A DNA stretch of 64,000 bases from Chlorokybus atmophyticus (taxonomy: Eukaryota; Plantae; Mesostigma and Chlorokybus algae): the NCBI GenBank assembly GCA_009103225.1, contig RHPI01003614.1:1-64000 (forward strand), read 5' to 3'. Position numbers and translations under genes: made by a program. The notes below the pieces were generated by a model. That model was not told the DNA's origin. It did not search any database and saw nothing but the letters and a program-made list of their open reading frames with translations. Positions 62,258 through 64,000 of this stretch are shown piece by piece. The stretch's first letter is position 1. The number at the start of each line of letters is the position of its first letter.

Positions 62258-63407
62258 CGATGGGGAACCACCCTTTGGAGGTACCGGTGCTGCGTTTAAC
62301 CAAGGAGTTGTGTGTTCACATGGAGAAGTTGGATAAAGCAAGACGGCTTACTATTGCATCATGGCCGCTTGTACATCCCCAATGTTGCATGTTTACGCGT
62401 TCAACTTTATAAGGAAGATCGTGACGTACCAATTGCTGGCCACTAAGAAGTGGAGAGGACGTTGGCAAGCTTAAAACAACGCTTTTACTGGCGGGAGATG
62501 CATTGTGATGTACGCCACTATGTGGCGTCGTGCGATGCATGTCAAAGGGTGAAAGCAACCAATTAAAAGCTAGATGGGTTGCTACAACCTATTCCCATGC
62601 CATTGTCCAAGTTGGACAATGGCATGGGAATAGGTTGTAGCAACCCATCTGGCTTTTAATTGGTTGCTTTCACCCTTTGACTTGAAGTGGGAGCAAGTTA
62701 GTATGGACTTTATTATGGGGCTGCCGAAGACAACAGAAGGGTACGACGCAATACTCGTGTCGGTAGACAAAACCAGCAAAATGGTACGCTTGGCACCGTG
62801 TTGTAGTAAGTCTTGCATGGCACCAGAGGCAATGAAGCGGGGATCATGATCGCTTACAACGCTTCATGGTAGTCCGTGGGAACGGAAAGACATGCTTCAT
62901 AAACAAGCTTGCTGCCTCTGGTGACATGCAAGACTCACAACACGGTGCCAAGCGTACCATTTTGCTGATTTTGTCTACCGACACGAGTATTGCGTCGTAC
63001 CCTTCTGTTGTCTTCGGCAGCCCTATAATAAAGTCCATACTAACTTGCTCCCACTTGGACAATGGCATGGGAATAGGTTGTAGCAACCCACCTGGCTTTT
63101 AATTGGTTGCTTTCACCCTTTGACATGCATCGCACAACGCCACATAGTCGCGTACATCACGATGCATCTCCCGCCAGTAAAAGCGTTGTTTTAAGCTTGC
63201 CAACGTCCTCTCCACTCTTTAGTGGCCAGCAATTGGTACGTCATGATCTTGCTGTAAAAGTTGAACGCGTATATATGCAACATTGGGGATGTACAAGCGG
63301 CTATGATGCAATAGTAAGCCGTCTTGCTTTATCTAACTTCCCCATGTGAACACACAACTCCTTGGTTAAACGCAGCATCGGTACCTCCAGAGGGTGGTTC
63401 CCCATCG
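62258..63407. repeat. ~1.15-kb imperfect inverted repeat (foldback) of Gypsy integrase sequence
   Basis: Left arm ~62258-62831 and right arm ~62913-63407 are reverse complements with an ~81-bp spacer. They encode the integrase zinc-binding region and WEQVSMDFI.GLPKT.EGYDAILVSVDK. Confidence 0.9.
62541..62681. other. Hairpin with 70-bp arms, a 1-nt loop and one mismatch, nested in the left arm of the foldback
   Basis: GTCAAAGGG...TTGTCCAA-G-TTGGACAA...CCCTTTGAC. Confidence 0.92.
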
Positions 63408-64000
63408 CCACTGCTAACAATAGTTGTGCGTGCAACAGAGAAGGAAAGCGCTATGCTGGAGCTGCCCTGGTGGCTGCTTTCCTCGCCAACAGCCAATGAC
63501 ATATTCGCCTCTGCCTTCCTGCCAGTACCTCTGCTGCTGCTTGCCTGCCCACCATTTCACTTAAATGATCTCAAGCTTGTTGCTGGTACTGCGCCTGGCT
63601 GCTAATGCTTGTGCCTTGATAGCAAATTTCGTTATTGTTGCTTGTGGCTTCATTGCCGTTGTGGTTGTCATGCATACTTGCTGCTATTCTCAATGGCTTT
63701 ATTGTTGCATTGTTGGCGTTGCTACTAGGCTTACATTACATTTACGTTTCAAGCTCGTATGTCGTGCTGTCTGTCAATTGCGTAATATGCTGAGCCCGCT
63801 AGCTAGATATAAAACATACGCATATGATTGGTAATACTCCAGCGGAGCTCCTCCCTCCTATAGGCGAGTTCACGGTCCTGCGCATTGTGCGCCTGCTACC
63901 TTGATATTTTCTCAAGTTATTAATGCAGCTATGCGTGCCTTTTCGCTGGTGTTGTGGCAATTACATATTGCTGTCACTGGAAGGTTTTTTAGGATTCTCT

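Noticed and set aside
1-64000. tRNA, rRNA or other structured ncRNA genes
   Set aside because: No recognisable cloverleaf, rRNA or snRNA signature was found by eye; tRNAscan-SE or Infernal would be needed to exclude them.

Overview
This is eukaryotic, intron-rich nuclear DNA. It probably comes from a green-lineage alga; a plant-type C2-PLD together with PKD2-like channels points to an early streptophyte, though that is inference. A gene-rich core (about 11-47 kb) holds an hnRNP-Q/A1CF-like RRMx3+dsRBM gene (-), a C2-phospholipase D (-), a branched-chain aminotransferase (+) and a tail-to-tail inverted pair of PKD2/TRPP-like channel genes, plus a Penelope-like RT between inverted repeats. Degenerate transposon nests flank this core. 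On the left are nested CACTA/EnSpm-like DNA transposon pieces carrying a frameshifted small phage/bacterial-type C5-cytosine methyltransferase, preceded by possible Tudor- and Cys-rich remnants. On the right are a Ty3/Gypsy element with the order gag-protease-DNMT-RT-RNaseH-integrase-PHD, two Copia elements sharing one LTR, and a Gypsy gag-protease joined to a ~1.15 kb foldback with a nested 70-bp-arm hairpin. The most notable signal is two unrelated cytosine methyltransferases carried by two different TE classes in one window, each next to possible chromatin-reader modules. All calls come from manual reading and translation; no database searches were run.
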